From: Octopus sinensis
Lineage: Eukaryota
Direction of reading: 5' to 3'
Assembly: GCF_006345805.1 (NCBI RefSeq)
Contig: NC_043005.1
Span: 106,702,001 to 106,766,000 of the forward strand
Length of the DNA stretch: 64,000 nt
Shown here in pieces: positions 25,845 through 39,059 of the stretch (within the stretch, counting starts at the first letter, position 1; every line of letters begins with the position of its first letter). Under the pieces are notes generated by a model. It was given only the letters and a program-made list of their open reading frames with translations. It did not search any database and had not been told where the DNA came from. A program made the translations under genes and the position numbers.

Positions 25845-26949
25845 TATACACGTCTATGCACGCATAGCAGACTCATACATGTGTACGTAAACTCTCACAT
25901 ACATATTTACATGGAAGAAATTGAGTAGTCAAAGTCCTCAAAGCTGCTACGCTGAACAGCAACAACAGCAGCAGCAACAACAATAACCAAACGCAGGACA
26001 TCATTAAATAAATACAAAAGACAAAACAAGCTCCAGAATAAAATATAGAAAATATTATAAAAAAAATTGCAAAGTGAGAGGGACACGGCATGAAAATGGC
26101 CAATATATCGACCTCTTCTGATCATTAAATTGAAAAGCAGCTAGAGAGATGTAACCAAGTGCATCAAAGAAATTCCGCTTGCTAGCCAGGATAACCGGCA
26201 GTTACCCTTGAAAAATGTCAGCTGACCTGGTTACACTGTCAGCTGATGTAACAAATGTTTCGGAATATTCTTGCCACACACTACAACTTTCTTGATGGCT
26301 TCTATGGAAAAAAATTATTGAATATTTGTTTTGTATTGTTTGATAATGTTTTTTGCTGTAGTTTTTAGTTTTCCCTCTTTTTTTTTCGTTTGATTGTTCT
26401 CCCATCCACCCGCTTTTTTAATCGAATATTTTGTTGGCGGTGTATATAATTTTTTACGTCTTGTGTTGTTCCATTTTAGTTGTTACTTGTATTGTTGTTC
26501 TTGTTGGTTTTGTTGCCGATTTTATGCTTATTGTTGTTGATCTTTCATTTGTTGTTGTTCGTACTAATACAATTGTTGTTGTTGTTGCTGCTGCTATTAT
26601 TATTGTAATAGCGGTATTTTCCGAGCAGAAAATTTTATTTCATTGCTCTTTTGAACTGAGATAATTTGAAATCAATTTAATTTTTTTTTCAGCCTCAAGG
26701 TGTCGCCACAAAGTCAACCAACACACACGCAAAAGAAAAAAACAAAAAGTCCAACAAAAACAAACAAATAAAGCATTCGCTTTATACTTTTATGCTTATA
26801 TTTTGAAAATCTTTTGTATTTGTGTATTTTGTATTTTTGATATTGCACAGCGCTTATTTTTCCCCTTCATTTCATTATATGTGTGTGTGTATGCGTAAGT
26901 GTGTATGCGTGGTTTCTCTCTGCCTTTCGCTGTATATATATATTATATA

Positions 26950-27015
<66 letters not shown>

Positions 27016-27167
27016 ATGTATGTATGTATATATATGTATGTACGTATATATACCGTATTACATCCTCAGTTGATTCTGTATCGATTTATGCTGTTCGTTC
27101 TTTTATGAAGAAGCAACGACATAAAATATACGGATGACTATTTTTGTTGTTGCTGTTATTGCTCTTC

Positions 27168-27168
27168 C

Positions 27169-27211
<43 letters not shown>

Positions 27212-27215
27212 AATA

Positions 27216-27261
<46 letters not shown>

Positions 27262-27350
27262 TTATTATTATTATAAATATTATTATTATTATTATCATTA
27301 TTATTATTATATTATTATTATTATTATTATAAATATTATTATTATTATTA

Positions 27351-27382
<32 letters not shown>

Positions 27383-27424
27383 TTATTATTATTATATATT
27401 ATTATTATATATTATTATTATAAA

Positions 27425-27469
<45 letters not shown>

Positions 27470-27584
27470 CATTATATTATTATTATTATTAGTATTATAT
27501 TATTATTATATTATTATTATTATTATTATTATTATAAATATTATTATTATTATTATCATTATTATTATTATTATTATTATGATC

Positions 27585-27617
<33 letters not shown>

Positions 27618-27697
27618 ATATTATTATTATTATTATCATTATTATTATTATATTATTATTATCATTATATTATTATATTATTGTTATTATTATTATT

Positions 27698-27796
<99 letters not shown>

Positions 27797-27868
27797 AATT
27801 ATTATTATTATTATTATCATTATTATATTATTATTATTATTATTATTATTATCATATTATTATTATTA

Positions 27869-27899
<31 letters not shown>

Positions 27900-28131
27900 G
27901 TATTATTATTATTATTATGATGATTATTATTATTATTATTATCATTATCATCATTATTATTATTATTATTTTTATCATTACTGTGGTTGTTGCTGTTGTT
28001 GTTAGTTGTGGTGGTAGTGGTGGTGGTAGTAGTAGTAGTTTTAGTAGTAGCTGTAGTTTTAGTAGTAGTAGTAGTAGTAGTACTAGCAGTAGTAGTCTTA
28101 GTAGTAGTATTAGTAGTAGTAGTAGTAGTAC

Positions 28132-28172
<41 letters not shown>
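27168..28172 (+). repeat. ~800-bp imperfect (TAT)n array followed by (TGG)/(TAG)n
   Basis: Read directly; source of the 424-aa poly-I/L/Y/S ORF. Confidence 0.97.
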
Positions 28173-28174
<2 letters not shown>

Positions 28175-28566
28175 TTTCCTATTTTTCCGCTGATGAATTT
28201 GTCTGCTAATCTTTTATATATTTTGTTATTTTGCTCATGTCATGTTTTTGTGAGTTTCTGGTTTTGCCTTATTTTTTTTATTTTAAAAACAGCCTGGGAA
28301 GATTTAGCTTATTTCTTGATTTTTTTTTGTGTTTGTCTGCATATTTTTGTTTCTATTATTATGATGTGCTTAGGTCAATTTTGCTTTTCATCCTTTCGCG
28401 ATCGATAAAGTAAAGTACCAATGAAGTACAGGGGTCGATTTTATCGATTAAACTCCTACAAAATTTAAAGGGGTTGTACTTGTGTCAGAGATACTTTATA
28501 TTTTGGTGCATAAATTAAAGGGATATTTTGATTAGATGGCAAATATGTATGCATAAATACATACGT

Positions 28567-28860
28567 GAAGGGGCGTGGCTCAGTGGTTAGGCTATTCGGC
28601 TCAAGATCGTAAGGTAGTCGGTTCAATACCCGGCGACGTGTAAAGAAGAAACTTTATTTCACAGTGCCCTCGTCTACTCAACTGTCAAAAATGAGTGGTA
28701 CCTGTATTTCAAAGGACCAGCCTTGTCACATTCTGTGCCACACTGAATCACCATGAGAATTACGTTAAGGGTACGCGTGTTTATGGGGTGCTCAGCCACT
28801 TGCACGTTAATTTCCGTTGATCGGGTCAACTGGAACTCTCGTCGTTGTAACCGACAGTGT
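28567..28860 (+). mobile_element. tRNA-derived SINE type E
   Basis: Head GGCGTGGCTCAGTGGTTAGG..GGTTCAATACCCGG; central TTTCAC..CTACTCAACTGTCAAAAATGAGT shared with type D (34334); different tail. Confidence 0.7.
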
Positions 28861-28986
28861 TAGGAACCATAATATCTATAGAGCGGATACCTTAGCGTTT
28901 TGAGAACAAGGCTTTTAAGGAACATAAGTTGCTTTAACTTTAGCTAATTAGCCTCTCTTCTTTTCCAACTCCTATTATTATTATTA

Positions 28987-29048
<62 letters not shown>

Positions 29049-29592
29049 GAGTGAGAGAGCAGTTCATGCCATAAAAGTGACACTGGGGTAAAATATACGA
29101 AGCCCAGTATACCCATCATGACTACCTGTCTGACAAAGGTACACCAGGCACATGCATCACAACCATATGTGCGCGACATGGTGATCTCATATCAAGATAA
29201 ACATCACATGACCTTGCAGGTGGGGCCCAGTTAGAATTTTCTTCAGGTTGAGTAGCCCATCCCGCTCAAACGGTCCCTGAATAAGGGTTGTTTAAGGATG
29301 TTGAAAGAACCACCCATGTTTCCAGAGGTGAACTATTCAAACCCCAAAGAATCCCTCTCAACACATGGCTATGATGCTCCCCCCACTACTTCTGCTCGTG
29401 ATCAGAGATGCACATATCGTCAGCCACCAAGAGACATGCTCAACTGGTTAAGGTCAAACAACTGACAAGCAAATCTGTGGTATTGAGCAGAATATTTGCT
29501 GTAGCCCATCTTTTATACCAAGACAAAACAATGTACATGATAACACTTCCAATCAGTTAAGATCAGAAGCCATGAGAGCCACTGCCTGGTAT
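29049..29592 (-). mobile_element. Unclassified ~500-bp repeat ending in an (AAT)n tail (retroposon-like)
   Basis: 29049-29514 is the reverse complement of 44467-44931. Both copies abut (AAT)n/(TTA)n at the CTCTCTCACTC end. Confidence 0.8.
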
Positions 29593-29599
29593 ATCTAAA

Positions 29600-30300
29600 G
29601 CGCATGAAAACGTATGTCGTTCACCTTGCTTTAACTGCCAATCACTGTGATTCTGAGAGTGTAACCTTAATTGTCACCAGGATCTTCCAGCTTAAGATCA
29701 GAAAAAAGCTGGCCTCTGGTAGAAATGGGTGTTTTTGTGGTCCCCAAAATAAGGAGATAAAGCATTCTCGACACTCAGACATTGTCAGAAAAGTTAAGTT
29801 TGTCTAGCGAGTCCAGTGCGTTATCAATGAGAACACCAACAAGTCAACGAGGGACATTACCATTCATCTCCAAATGTCGGTATCAGTGATTAGGTGCCTA
29901 GTACACGAAGACAACAGGTATAACTCATATACTATGAGAAGGGGGTACTTCATGTCCGATGAAACCCGAAAGCACTTTGTGATTCGCTCGAAGTGCTTAT
30001 TGAACAAATTCAAGCACCGCTAGTAACCCGACAAACTCTGAGTTTTCTGAGATGAGAAGAATGTCGTCTAAGATACAAACGTAAACATATGGAATAAGTA
30101 ATGGCTCTATGCCTTGGAGGTCATATGTCCTCACTTTTTCTCTCAAGGTTTTAGGATCAATACGGAAGCTTTCATTGGTGCAATGAGACGGTCCACTAGA
30201 GACGGCTATCAAGCTTTCGACCGATTGATTTGTTTGGGGCGGCTGTATGTGTTGCAGTAAGAGTTTGCTCCATCACACGCAGCTTGCATGACTCGGAAGT
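29600..30300 (+). mobile_element. Tc1/mariner-superfamily transposase remnant, maT/DD37D-like
   Basis: KHSRHSDIVRK..RVQCVINENTNKSTRDIT..VIRCLVHEDNRYNSYTMRRGYFMSDETRK..SKCLLNKFKH; GFRINTEAF. Frameshifted. Confidence 0.65.
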
Positions 30301-30489
30301 GAATAGTGAAAACTTCTACTGATCATGTTACCCTTGACATTTGACCTCCTAGCTCTCTAGGTTTTTATACCTGAAGCATCGTTGAGAGGTAGACCAACAG
30401 ACATGCCCACAATACTAAGGACTTGTTGATGTCTACCATTGGGATCGATATAGGCGAAATGAATAAAGATCACTTGACAAATAAATTTA

Positions 30490-30707
30490 GTTCTTTTCTA
30501 CTCTAGGCACAAAGCCGGAAATTTTGGGAGAGGGGGTCAGTCGATTAAATCTACCCCAGTATGCAACTGGTTCTTTATTTATCGGCCCAGAAAGGCTGAA
30601 AGGCAAAGTGGACCTCGGCGGAATTTGAACTCAGAACGTAAAGACAGACGAAACACCGCTAAGCATTTCGCCCGGCGTGCTAACGTTTCTGCCAGCTCGC
30701 CGCCTTA
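30490..30707 (-). mobile_element. SINE type A, alternative-tail subfamily
   Basis: Reverse-complement head ends ...CTCGCCGCCTTA at 30707; tail CCCAAAATTTCCGGCTTTGTGCCTAG. Confidence 0.9.
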
Positions 30708-30828
30708 TGACAAATACATTTAGTTGCTGCAAAAACCGTATCTGTATGGAGATTAGTGAGGGCTCAAAGTAAAACTTTCACTGTTTTCAGGTTATAAATT
30801 TTGATGTATAATGTTATATAATGGTTAT

Positions 30829-32055
30829 AACGGCTTCGTGCCGAAGAGATCATGCTTGACCAACTTACTGGTAATGGAAGAATTGGTGACGCGCATCCTC
30901 GATGATAGTGATGCTGTTGACATCGTTTTATTGGATTTGCCAAAGCTTTTGACTCGGTAAACCACCGCCTATTACTTGTCAAGCTTCAAGCATATAGTTT
31001 CCATCCGGATATTGTGCGATGGGTTGGTGCCTTCCTCTCAGATCGCTCCTTCCAAGTCCAAGTTAATGGTTCGCGGTCCGACGTCTCCAGTGCGAGCAGT
31101 GGCGTGCCTCAAGGTTCAGTGCTTGGGCCAATATTGTTCTTAGTCTTCATAAATGACTTGCCCGACGACATCACGCAACACACCCTTCTATTTGCTGACG
31201 ATATCAAACTGGTCGCTCCTCGCGGTGATATAGAGGATCTTCGTCGATGCCTCCACCAAATTTGGAAGTGGTCTAACGAATGGGACCTGTGTCTGAACGT
31301 GTCAAAGTGCTGTCATCTGCCTGCTGGCTCTCCTCCTGCAACTCAACTTGATTTCGAGCCGGGTCGTCTGCTGCTGGAGAGGACCGATCAGGTAAAGGAC
31401 CTGGGTATCTTGATGGATTCCTCCTTTTCGCCTTCGGCCCAGTGCGTCCATGCTGCCAACAAAGCACGCGGAATTCTGTTCTTGATTCGACGGTCATTCG
31501 GAATGCTCACAGCAGCCATATTCCTACCACTCTATGTCACGCTGGTGAGACCCATATTGGAGTATGGGATTCAAGCCTCTTCTCCTTATCTCCTCAAAGA
31601 CATACAGCATCTCGAAAGAGTCCAGAAGCTGGCTACCCGCATGGTTCATGGTCTCAAAATTTTGTCCTATGAAGAAAGGCTGAGGACGCTCGACCTTTAT
31701 TCTCTTGAAAAACGCCGCCGCCGTGGTGATCTCATTCTCGCCCACAACATCATAAGCGGAAAGTGTAACCTCTCGAAAGAGCTGTTCTTCACTCCTGCTC
31801 CAGAGCGTCGGCTGCGGGGTCATTCCGAAAAGCTCTACCTGCGACGATTTCATCTCAATCGAAGGAGAGGAGCTTTTTCCGTCCGGGTTGCGGATCCGTG
31901 GAACAAGCTGCCAGACGAGATGGTGAAGATGCCGACGACCGCTTTGTTCAAAGCCTCCCTGGACCTCAAGTGGCCTGAACTCTTTACATGAACACCACCC
32001 TGTACTTAACTCCATGTCCCCCTACATGGCCTTTCTATTTGCTTTTGAGCCAAAT

Positions 32056-32094
<39 letters not shown>
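30829..32094 (+). mobile_element. 5'-truncated CR1-clade LINE (RT C-terminal half) with (ACTA)n tail
   Basis: GFVPKRSCLTNLL..DIVLLD/FAKAFDSVNH (one 1-bp deletion at ~30936), then 325 open codons (31014-31991) with GVPQGSVLGPILF, FADD, LERVQKLATR, RRRRGDLI, FSVRVADPWNKLP. Tandem-repeat tail at ~32055-32094. Confidence 0.93.
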
Positions 32095-32358
32095 TGTGTA
32101 CTACCATATATAGAAGGATGGTTTGTCAGTTACTACGTTGCTTTATTGTTTTCGATTCCACGCAGAAAATACAAATTTTTCCTCATACTGTTTATCATTA
32201 AACTAACGTTAAGATGAATTAGCTGACCAGAGACTTATGCAACATTTAGATTTCATTGCGCTCTAAGTTGATGGGTTTTGGTTTACATCGATTAAGTAAT
32301 GCAAGGTCATATTTGACACCCATTTTATGGTGGGACGACTCTTTTTGTTTGTTTCTAG

Positions 32359-32480
32359 GTTTCAGCTTTACTGATAAAAATACTTTCCATCGTTGCTGAA
32401 TATCAGCTCAGTCGTGGTCAAAAGGATCAGGAAAATATTCGAGCACAAAATGTAACACAGGAAATGATGCAAAAGTGCAG
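32359..32480 (+). CDS. Putative exon (VSALLIKILSIVAEYQLSRGQKDQENIRAQNVTQEMMQKC); 3' end uncertain
   Basis: Strong acceptor ctctttttgtttgtttctag|; only the phase-0 frame is open. Donor could be AG|gtggtt (32480) or AAT|gtaaca (32451). Confidence 0.5.
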
Positions 32481-33033
32481 GTGGTTCAAGGAAGACAGAG
32501 AGTGATAGAGGACACAGATGTATTTGAGAGAGTCAAGAAAAATTAGAGCCAGAGTAAATAGAAGTCATAATTATTGATATCCAGAAATGAGTGGCAGGAA
32601 GAGTAGAATATTTCTGGGATGGAAAGTGAATAAACAGTGCAGCTTAGATGACAAGGACTGGAGATATGAGGTAAAGGGTTTGTCTCCTGAAACAGGAATA
32701 CGATGTGTGGTCTGTGTCTAAGAGAGGATGAGTGGGATCTAGTTTGGAATGAGTTTGGAATGAGTGGGATCAAGTTTGGCTCATAATCCGGTGTTTTATT
32801 TGCTTCTTCAGTAGAGAAAATTCGGTAATTTGTAGAATTTTTATAACATATTTTGTGAACTTTGAAAACCAAAAATGTAAAGATGTAATTGATATATTTC
32901 TTATTGAATGATTCTTTGAATTTGCATAGCGTTTCGGTATTCAAGATTTCATCAGTGGAATTGTTATCTTCTACGTAAAATCATTATATATTTGTATCTT
33001 TTCTGTCAAGTTGAAAATGAATTATAATCGCAG

Positions 33034-33090
33034 TCCTGCGTAGTCGTAGAAATATGCGAAGAACGGATATTCGCAAACTAAAAAAACTTG
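33034..33090 (+). CDS. Putative exon (LRSRRNMRRTDIRKLKKL)
   Basis: ataatcgcag| (alternative AGs at 33043 and 33049), strong donor TTG|gtaagc; ends in phase 1. Confidence 0.45.
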
Positions 33091-34223
33091 GTAAGCGGGA
33101 ACATACTTCGGTAATATCTTCACTTTTTCCAGAATAATGCTACATTTAGTAGATAAAAAGAGCCAGATTTATTGATCTCTATAATTACATTTAAGTGTAA
33201 GTACTATTATTATTTCTAATTGATACGAATGCTTCAAAAATTTAAATGCAAAACAGACGTTGGATTGATGAAGTATTTACGACTGGAATGCATATATCAG
33301 TTTGATAGATAATAGAATAAAAATAGATTAATCATTTATTATTGTAACGGAAACAGGTAGGAGAGGAAATAGCTCTTTATGTTTGAAACTTAAAACCATA
33401 GCAAGAGCGGTGTCTATTAGGTTAGTGGTAGGAGTTGTAAATTTCATGATTATAGGAAATAGTGTGAGAATGAGTTCTTGAAATTTAGCCCTACCTAACT
33501 ACATTTAGTGATGATTGTAATGGTAATGATGTTGATAATGATGTACGCTGGTTATTGTTGTGATTTCAGCAATAGCATACTGCAGTCACATGTATGATAC
33601 TGCTGCTGATGGTGATGATAGTGGCAGTGATGTATAAGGGTGTGTTGGATGTAGCGTCTCTGATTTAGATATTTTAACAATAATTAGTGAAATAAAGGTT
33701 ATGAAAAACTCACAATATGTCACAGTTTTGAAGGTGGTTAAAGAATCTGGCAAATATTTTCTCACGCCCTCGTTGGATGTTTCAGCATTGTTTTCATTTA
33801 ATGACATTTTAATTAATGTTATTATTGCTATTTATATGTATATATGTATATGTGTGCATAAATACACACACGCGCATACATGCATATGTATATATATATA
33901 TATATATACATATATATACGCATATATATAATACATATATATGTATATATATATATGTATGTATATATGTATACATAAGTATATATATATATATATATAT
34001 ATATATACGCATATAAATATACACATATATATGTATATATATATATAATATATATATATATACATATATACGCATATAAATACATATATATGTATATATA
34101 TATATGTATATATGTATACATAAGTATATATATATATATATATATATATACGCATATAAATATACACATATATATGTATATATATATACACACACACACA
34201 TATATATATGTGCATATATATGT

Positions 34224-34309
<86 letters not shown>

Positions 34310-34333
34310 ATATATATATACATATACATACAT

Positions 34334-34577
34334 GTGGAGGTGCGTGGCTTAGTGGTTAGGGTGTCAGCATCATTATTGTAAGATTGTGGTTTCGAATCCT
34401 GAACCGGGCGACGCGTTGTGTTCTTGAGCTTCATTTCACGTTGCTCAAGGCTACTCAGCTGGCAAAAATGAATATCGCTGCGATGGACTGTCGTCCCGTC
34501 CAGCTGGGGAACACATACGCCATTGAAACCGCGAAACTGGGCCCATGAACCTGGCTAGGGTTTAAAAGGGCGCATTT
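34334..34577 (+). mobile_element. tRNA-derived SINE type D
   Basis: Head GGTGCGTGGCTTAGTGGTTAGG..GTTTCGAATCC; central CTACTCAGCTGGCAAAAATGA; then GCGATGGACTGTCGTCCCGTCCAG, resembling the V-SINE-type domain as recalled. Confidence 0.75.
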
Positions 34578-34580
34578 CTG

Positions 34581-34615
<35 letters not shown>

Positions 34616-36369
34616 TTTACATCTTTAGCATTTAAATAGGGCACCTGTAGCCCAAATATTATACCTGTTGTAGGTTTAAATGGCCAAATCCGGCTCCTCA
34701 CACGTACCCGACAATGTCAGTCTAAAAATAAACGAGCACATCATCAAAATCTTTAAATTATAAGATAATGCACGGTTAATTCGAAAAATTTGAAAAATAA
34801 ACATTACATTTGATGGAGTAATCTGAGTACAAAACATCCAACAACTCCCCTCCTTTCAAATCAAATAGTTTTATAATATGAACAATAATTCTTGCTTTGT
34901 TAGCTTTTTATTTCATTCGAGAAACTTCTACTATTTCGTATTCCTTGTCATTTCGTTCTAAGTTTTGTTACCCTTAGACAATTAAGTCCGTGATTTTTCA
35001 TATTTGTTGTACCAACATTTGTGTATATTTTCGTGTAATTGCTGTTATGTTTCGTTGTGTCATTCTCTGGTAACCTCCTGTGCTCACGACAGCATTTATT
35101 GGTACCATTTGCAGTAGAGCTACTGGTACATTTGAAGTGAACAATCCTCTTGATCAAGCACTAATATCACCTTGATTCACTAGTCGATTGCCGATGTTTG
35201 AAGAATGGACAGGCTGTGCTTACGGGTGTAACAAATCACCTCGTGTTTAAATGCCTGCAAGTCATGGAAATTGAGGTAACTCTGATCTGGTCCCAACCAG
35301 GAACGATAAACATCAACGTTTCGTTAACTTTGTAACTTGTCAATACTGCATACCCGAATCGAGAGCCGATGTAAGCTAAATGCTGCCGAAAGTCTGGACA
35401 AGTTTTAGCTTCCCCCTGTACTTAGAGGTTATTGGTATTTAGAGATGATTGTGTTAACTGTTCAGAACAATTAGAAGAAACTTTTGACGTTCTTTTCTAA
35501 ACGGGGACTTTATATTCGCTACGATTATTTAAATATAGCCTCTTCGGTACTAATAAGCTCAAGATGATTAATGTAAATAGAAGCCCCGAATAATTCAGCT
35601 GAGAACAGTAAAGTTATACACACAATTGCTTCGATTTTACACTGGTAAAACAAATAAATTCTCGTTAGTAGAACATACGTCTGCAAATAGAAGCATTAGC
35701 AACATATTCTATTAGACCTCAGAGAATGGTAATTGGTCAATGTTTTCAGGTTAAATTTTGTATCGCATATATGCACTGATACATAATTTGAGGGTTAACG
35801 CATATATAAACACACACACACACACACACTCACACATACGTATGTATGCATATATGTGCGTATAAATATACATATATATATATCTATAAATATGTACATC
35901 TATTTATGCATCTATCTATTTATCTATTTATATACCTATCTCTATCACTTTCTCTCTGACTGTCTGTCCATCTCTCTCTCTCTCTCTCTTTCTCTCTCAC
36001 ATACACTCTCTCTCTCTTTCTCTATAAATGCACACATACATATATATATATACATATATTAACCACATGTGAATCGTTAGCGATTTTCTTCATCCTTTTT
36101 TCTTTCTATTGGACTTTCCTCTGCTTCCGAAGAAGAGCGTTTGCTTGAAACGTTAAACCATCTTTCTTTCTTTCCCTGAGCGTCTGCTAATACCTTACAT
36201 GTACCACATCCTCACGTTGTTTTTTCTTTGTGTTTGTTCTTTTATTTTGGATTTACTGTATATATATATATATATAGATAGATAGATAGATGGATATACA
36301 TGTGTGTGTACGTTCGCGCACTGTATATATATATTTAACTTACTTCCTACATCTCGATCTTTGGATATT

Positions 36370-36406
<37 letters not shown>

Positions 36407-37159
36407 AAGAGAGAGAGAGAGGTGTATATATATATATGTATGCATGTATATATTACATTTATTTAAACGCTCATGTATGTTGCATTGCGCTACAAATATA
36501 TATTTCTGTTTCTTTAAGAAATCTGTGACTTTGCCTCTGGCATAACTCTGAGATCCGCATATTGTTTAAGAATTCTGTAAGAGATACGTTAAAATTTCCC
36601 CGTCCCACACTTGCCTCCATCTTCGACCGGTTCCCAGCTTGGCCATTTATTCTGGTAACACCCAGTTAAATATGTTACTGTTTATTTATTTTAATCTGTA
36701 TTTTACTTTTTAAAGACAAGTTCCACAACCGGAACTAACTGCAGCAAGAACAATGCGATGAAGAAAAATAAACAAACGAAGTAAAACAAATACGACAGCA
36801 ACAACAGCAAGAGCTTCAAAAGCAGCAGCAACACCGACAAGAACAACATTAAAGGCAACGAGGGAAAAAGAGAAGCAACAGCAACAGTCGGTGATGGAAT
36901 CTTTGACAACTATTACGATGGCCAACGATAACAAGACGATATGGTAACAATAATATTAGCAATAGAAAAAAAAAATCAACATCAATAAAAATAATCATGA
37001 TAATGGTAATAAAATTCGTGATAATAATAATTGTATTAAACGCCTGAACAGAATTAGAAACAGTAACATTAAAACACGATTTTGAAAAAAGTAGAAACAG
37101 AAATATAAAAACTAAATGGAAATAAAATGGCAAAAATGTTTTCAAGAATACAATGACGT

Positions 37160-37197
37160 TACTGCTGCTGTTGCTACTACTACTACTACTGCTGCTG

Positions 37198-37244
<47 letters not shown>

Positions 37245-37329
37245 GCTGCTGCTACTACTACTACTACTGCTGCTACTACTACTACTGCTGCTACTACTAC
37301 TACTACTACTACTGCTGCTGCTGCTACTA

Positions 37330-37361
<32 letters not shown>

Positions 37362-37531
37362 ACTACAACTACTAGTACTACTACTACTACTACCACTACT
37401 CACTACTACTACTACCCCCAACCACCACCACTACTACAACCACCACTACCACCACGACCACGACTACGACCACCACCACCACCACCACTACCACCACCAC
37501 CACCACCACCACTACCACCACCACCACCAGC

Positions 37532-37589
<58 letters not shown>

Positions 37590-37620
37590 GGACTGCTGCT
37601 GCTGCTGCCACTGCTACTAC
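37160..37620 (+). repeat. Compound (CTA/CTG)n-(CCA)n-(CTA)n microsatellite
   Basis: Read directly. Confidence 0.95.
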
Positions 37621-37957
37621 ACAAAAACATCAACGTCGTTAGCAATGGTAATAACACAAAATGCAAAAATAATCTGAGAAAGAGAAAAACACGCAAAGCA
37701 AAAAAAAAACAACAGAAAAATACAAAACAAATACTAATTTGAATGAAAATGTTACTGGGGGAAACATAAATAAAACAAAAACGATAACATTTCTGGACCG
37801 TAGAAGAAGGAAGAGGAAAAAAGAAAAGAAGGGATGAGAGGGAATATAAGCAGTTATAATGAGAACAACATTTATAAATAACAACACAAACTTCGACGGT
37901 GAAGTTGAAAGAGTTGAAGGTGTTTGAGAAGAACGCAGATTAAATATACTTCAACAG

Positions 37958-38008
37958 TTAAACAGATATGTCGAAGGAAAACCGTTTCATTAAATGAATC
38001 GAGACGAG
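37958..38008 (+). CDS. Putative exon (KQICRRKTVSLNESRR)
   Basis: tacttcaacag| ... GAG|gttaga; phase 1-1, bridging 33090 and 43233 in frame. Confidence 0.35.
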
Positions 38009-38034
38009 GTTAGACGTCGACAATAATATAAAAT

Positions 38035-38433
38035 ACTAGCAGTATCGCCCGGCGTTGCTCGGGTTTGTAAGGGAAATAACTATATAAGCATTTTTAGAGA
38101 GTTATGGCCAAAAAATAGCAAAAGAATGCATTAAAAATGGGAAAAAATGATGGTAATTTTTTTTAAATCGTTGACTCATCGTAGACATTTTTAGAGAGTT
38201 ACTTCCCTTATATAATAGCGAAAAAATGCATTAAAATGGAAAAAAGTGATGGTAATTTTTTTTAAATCGTAGACTCATCGTAGACGCGCGCTAATACCCA
38301 GAACGGCTCGATAAGAATCACGACTATAAGATACCCGCTTTTGGTTACACTGCACCGCAAAATGTGGGAGTAGTTAGGAATCTAAATCGTAGGAGACAGA
38401 CAGTACACAACTTAACTTTTATATATAAAGATT
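38035..38433 (+). mobile_element. Non-autonomous Helentron-associated (HINE/DINE-like) element
   Basis: 5' ACTAGCAGTATCGCCCGGCGTTGCTCGGG with hairpin CCCG/CGGG; internal ~100-bp tandem duplication (38089-38185 / 38186-38285); subterminal stem-loop; GACAGACAG; end TTTTATATATAAAGAT. Classification is from recalled architecture. Confidence 0.65.
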
Positions 38434-38679
38434 AGATTAAAAGGAAATGATTAGTTACAGATGGTCAAAGGTCTGCTTATTCCAAGATTTAACAACGCTT
38501 TCAGAAGGTAATAATGTACGAAACTTCTGCCCATTTGTAACGGAACTCTGAATTTGATGTAAGATACAGGCATCCATGTGACCGCGATCGGGAACTCACA
38601 TATATAATTAACGGTCAAATTTATGTAATTCATGCATACGTATATATACATACACGCATATATTACATACACATACTTA

Positions 38680-39010
38680 TCTATCATATAAAATCGTTCT
38701 GTCTGTCCGTGTGTGTGTCTTCTAGGATATCGGGCATCCTCCATCCGATGCGTGTCTAAGTCTTGAAAAAATTACAAAAAGTGACAATGCGATTGATAAA
38801 GCCGTGGGAACGTGCATTTGTACGCGCAAGTACATCAGCTGTTGCGATCGATACTACGCGTACGCGAGAAAAATGCACGTGCAGTTTGCGCAAAAAGTCC
38901 GGCTAGCTTTAAATAATGCCCAAAAATGGGACGATCGGACAAGTTTTGAGAAAATTTTGTTTAAATGTTTGACAACTCAGCACCGTCCATTGGACGAGGG
39001 GCGTTTTGCA
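38680..39010 (+). mobile_element. Helitron-like 5' fragment
   Basis: Begins a|TCTATCATATAAAATCGTTCTGTCTGTCCGTG, typical of Helitron 5' ends (TC start, then a CTGT-rich tract). No 3' CTRR end recognised. Confidence 0.45.
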
Positions 39011-39011
39011 C

Positions 39012-39059
<48 letters not shown>

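Noticed and set aside
27134-28408. 424-aa ORF, the longest in the track
   Set aside because: Translation of (TAT)n/(TAG)n microsatellites; no coding complexity.
31273-32015. Extra ORFs overlapping the CR1 RT (74, 76 and 163 aa)
   Set aside because: Shadow frames of GC-rich coding sequence.
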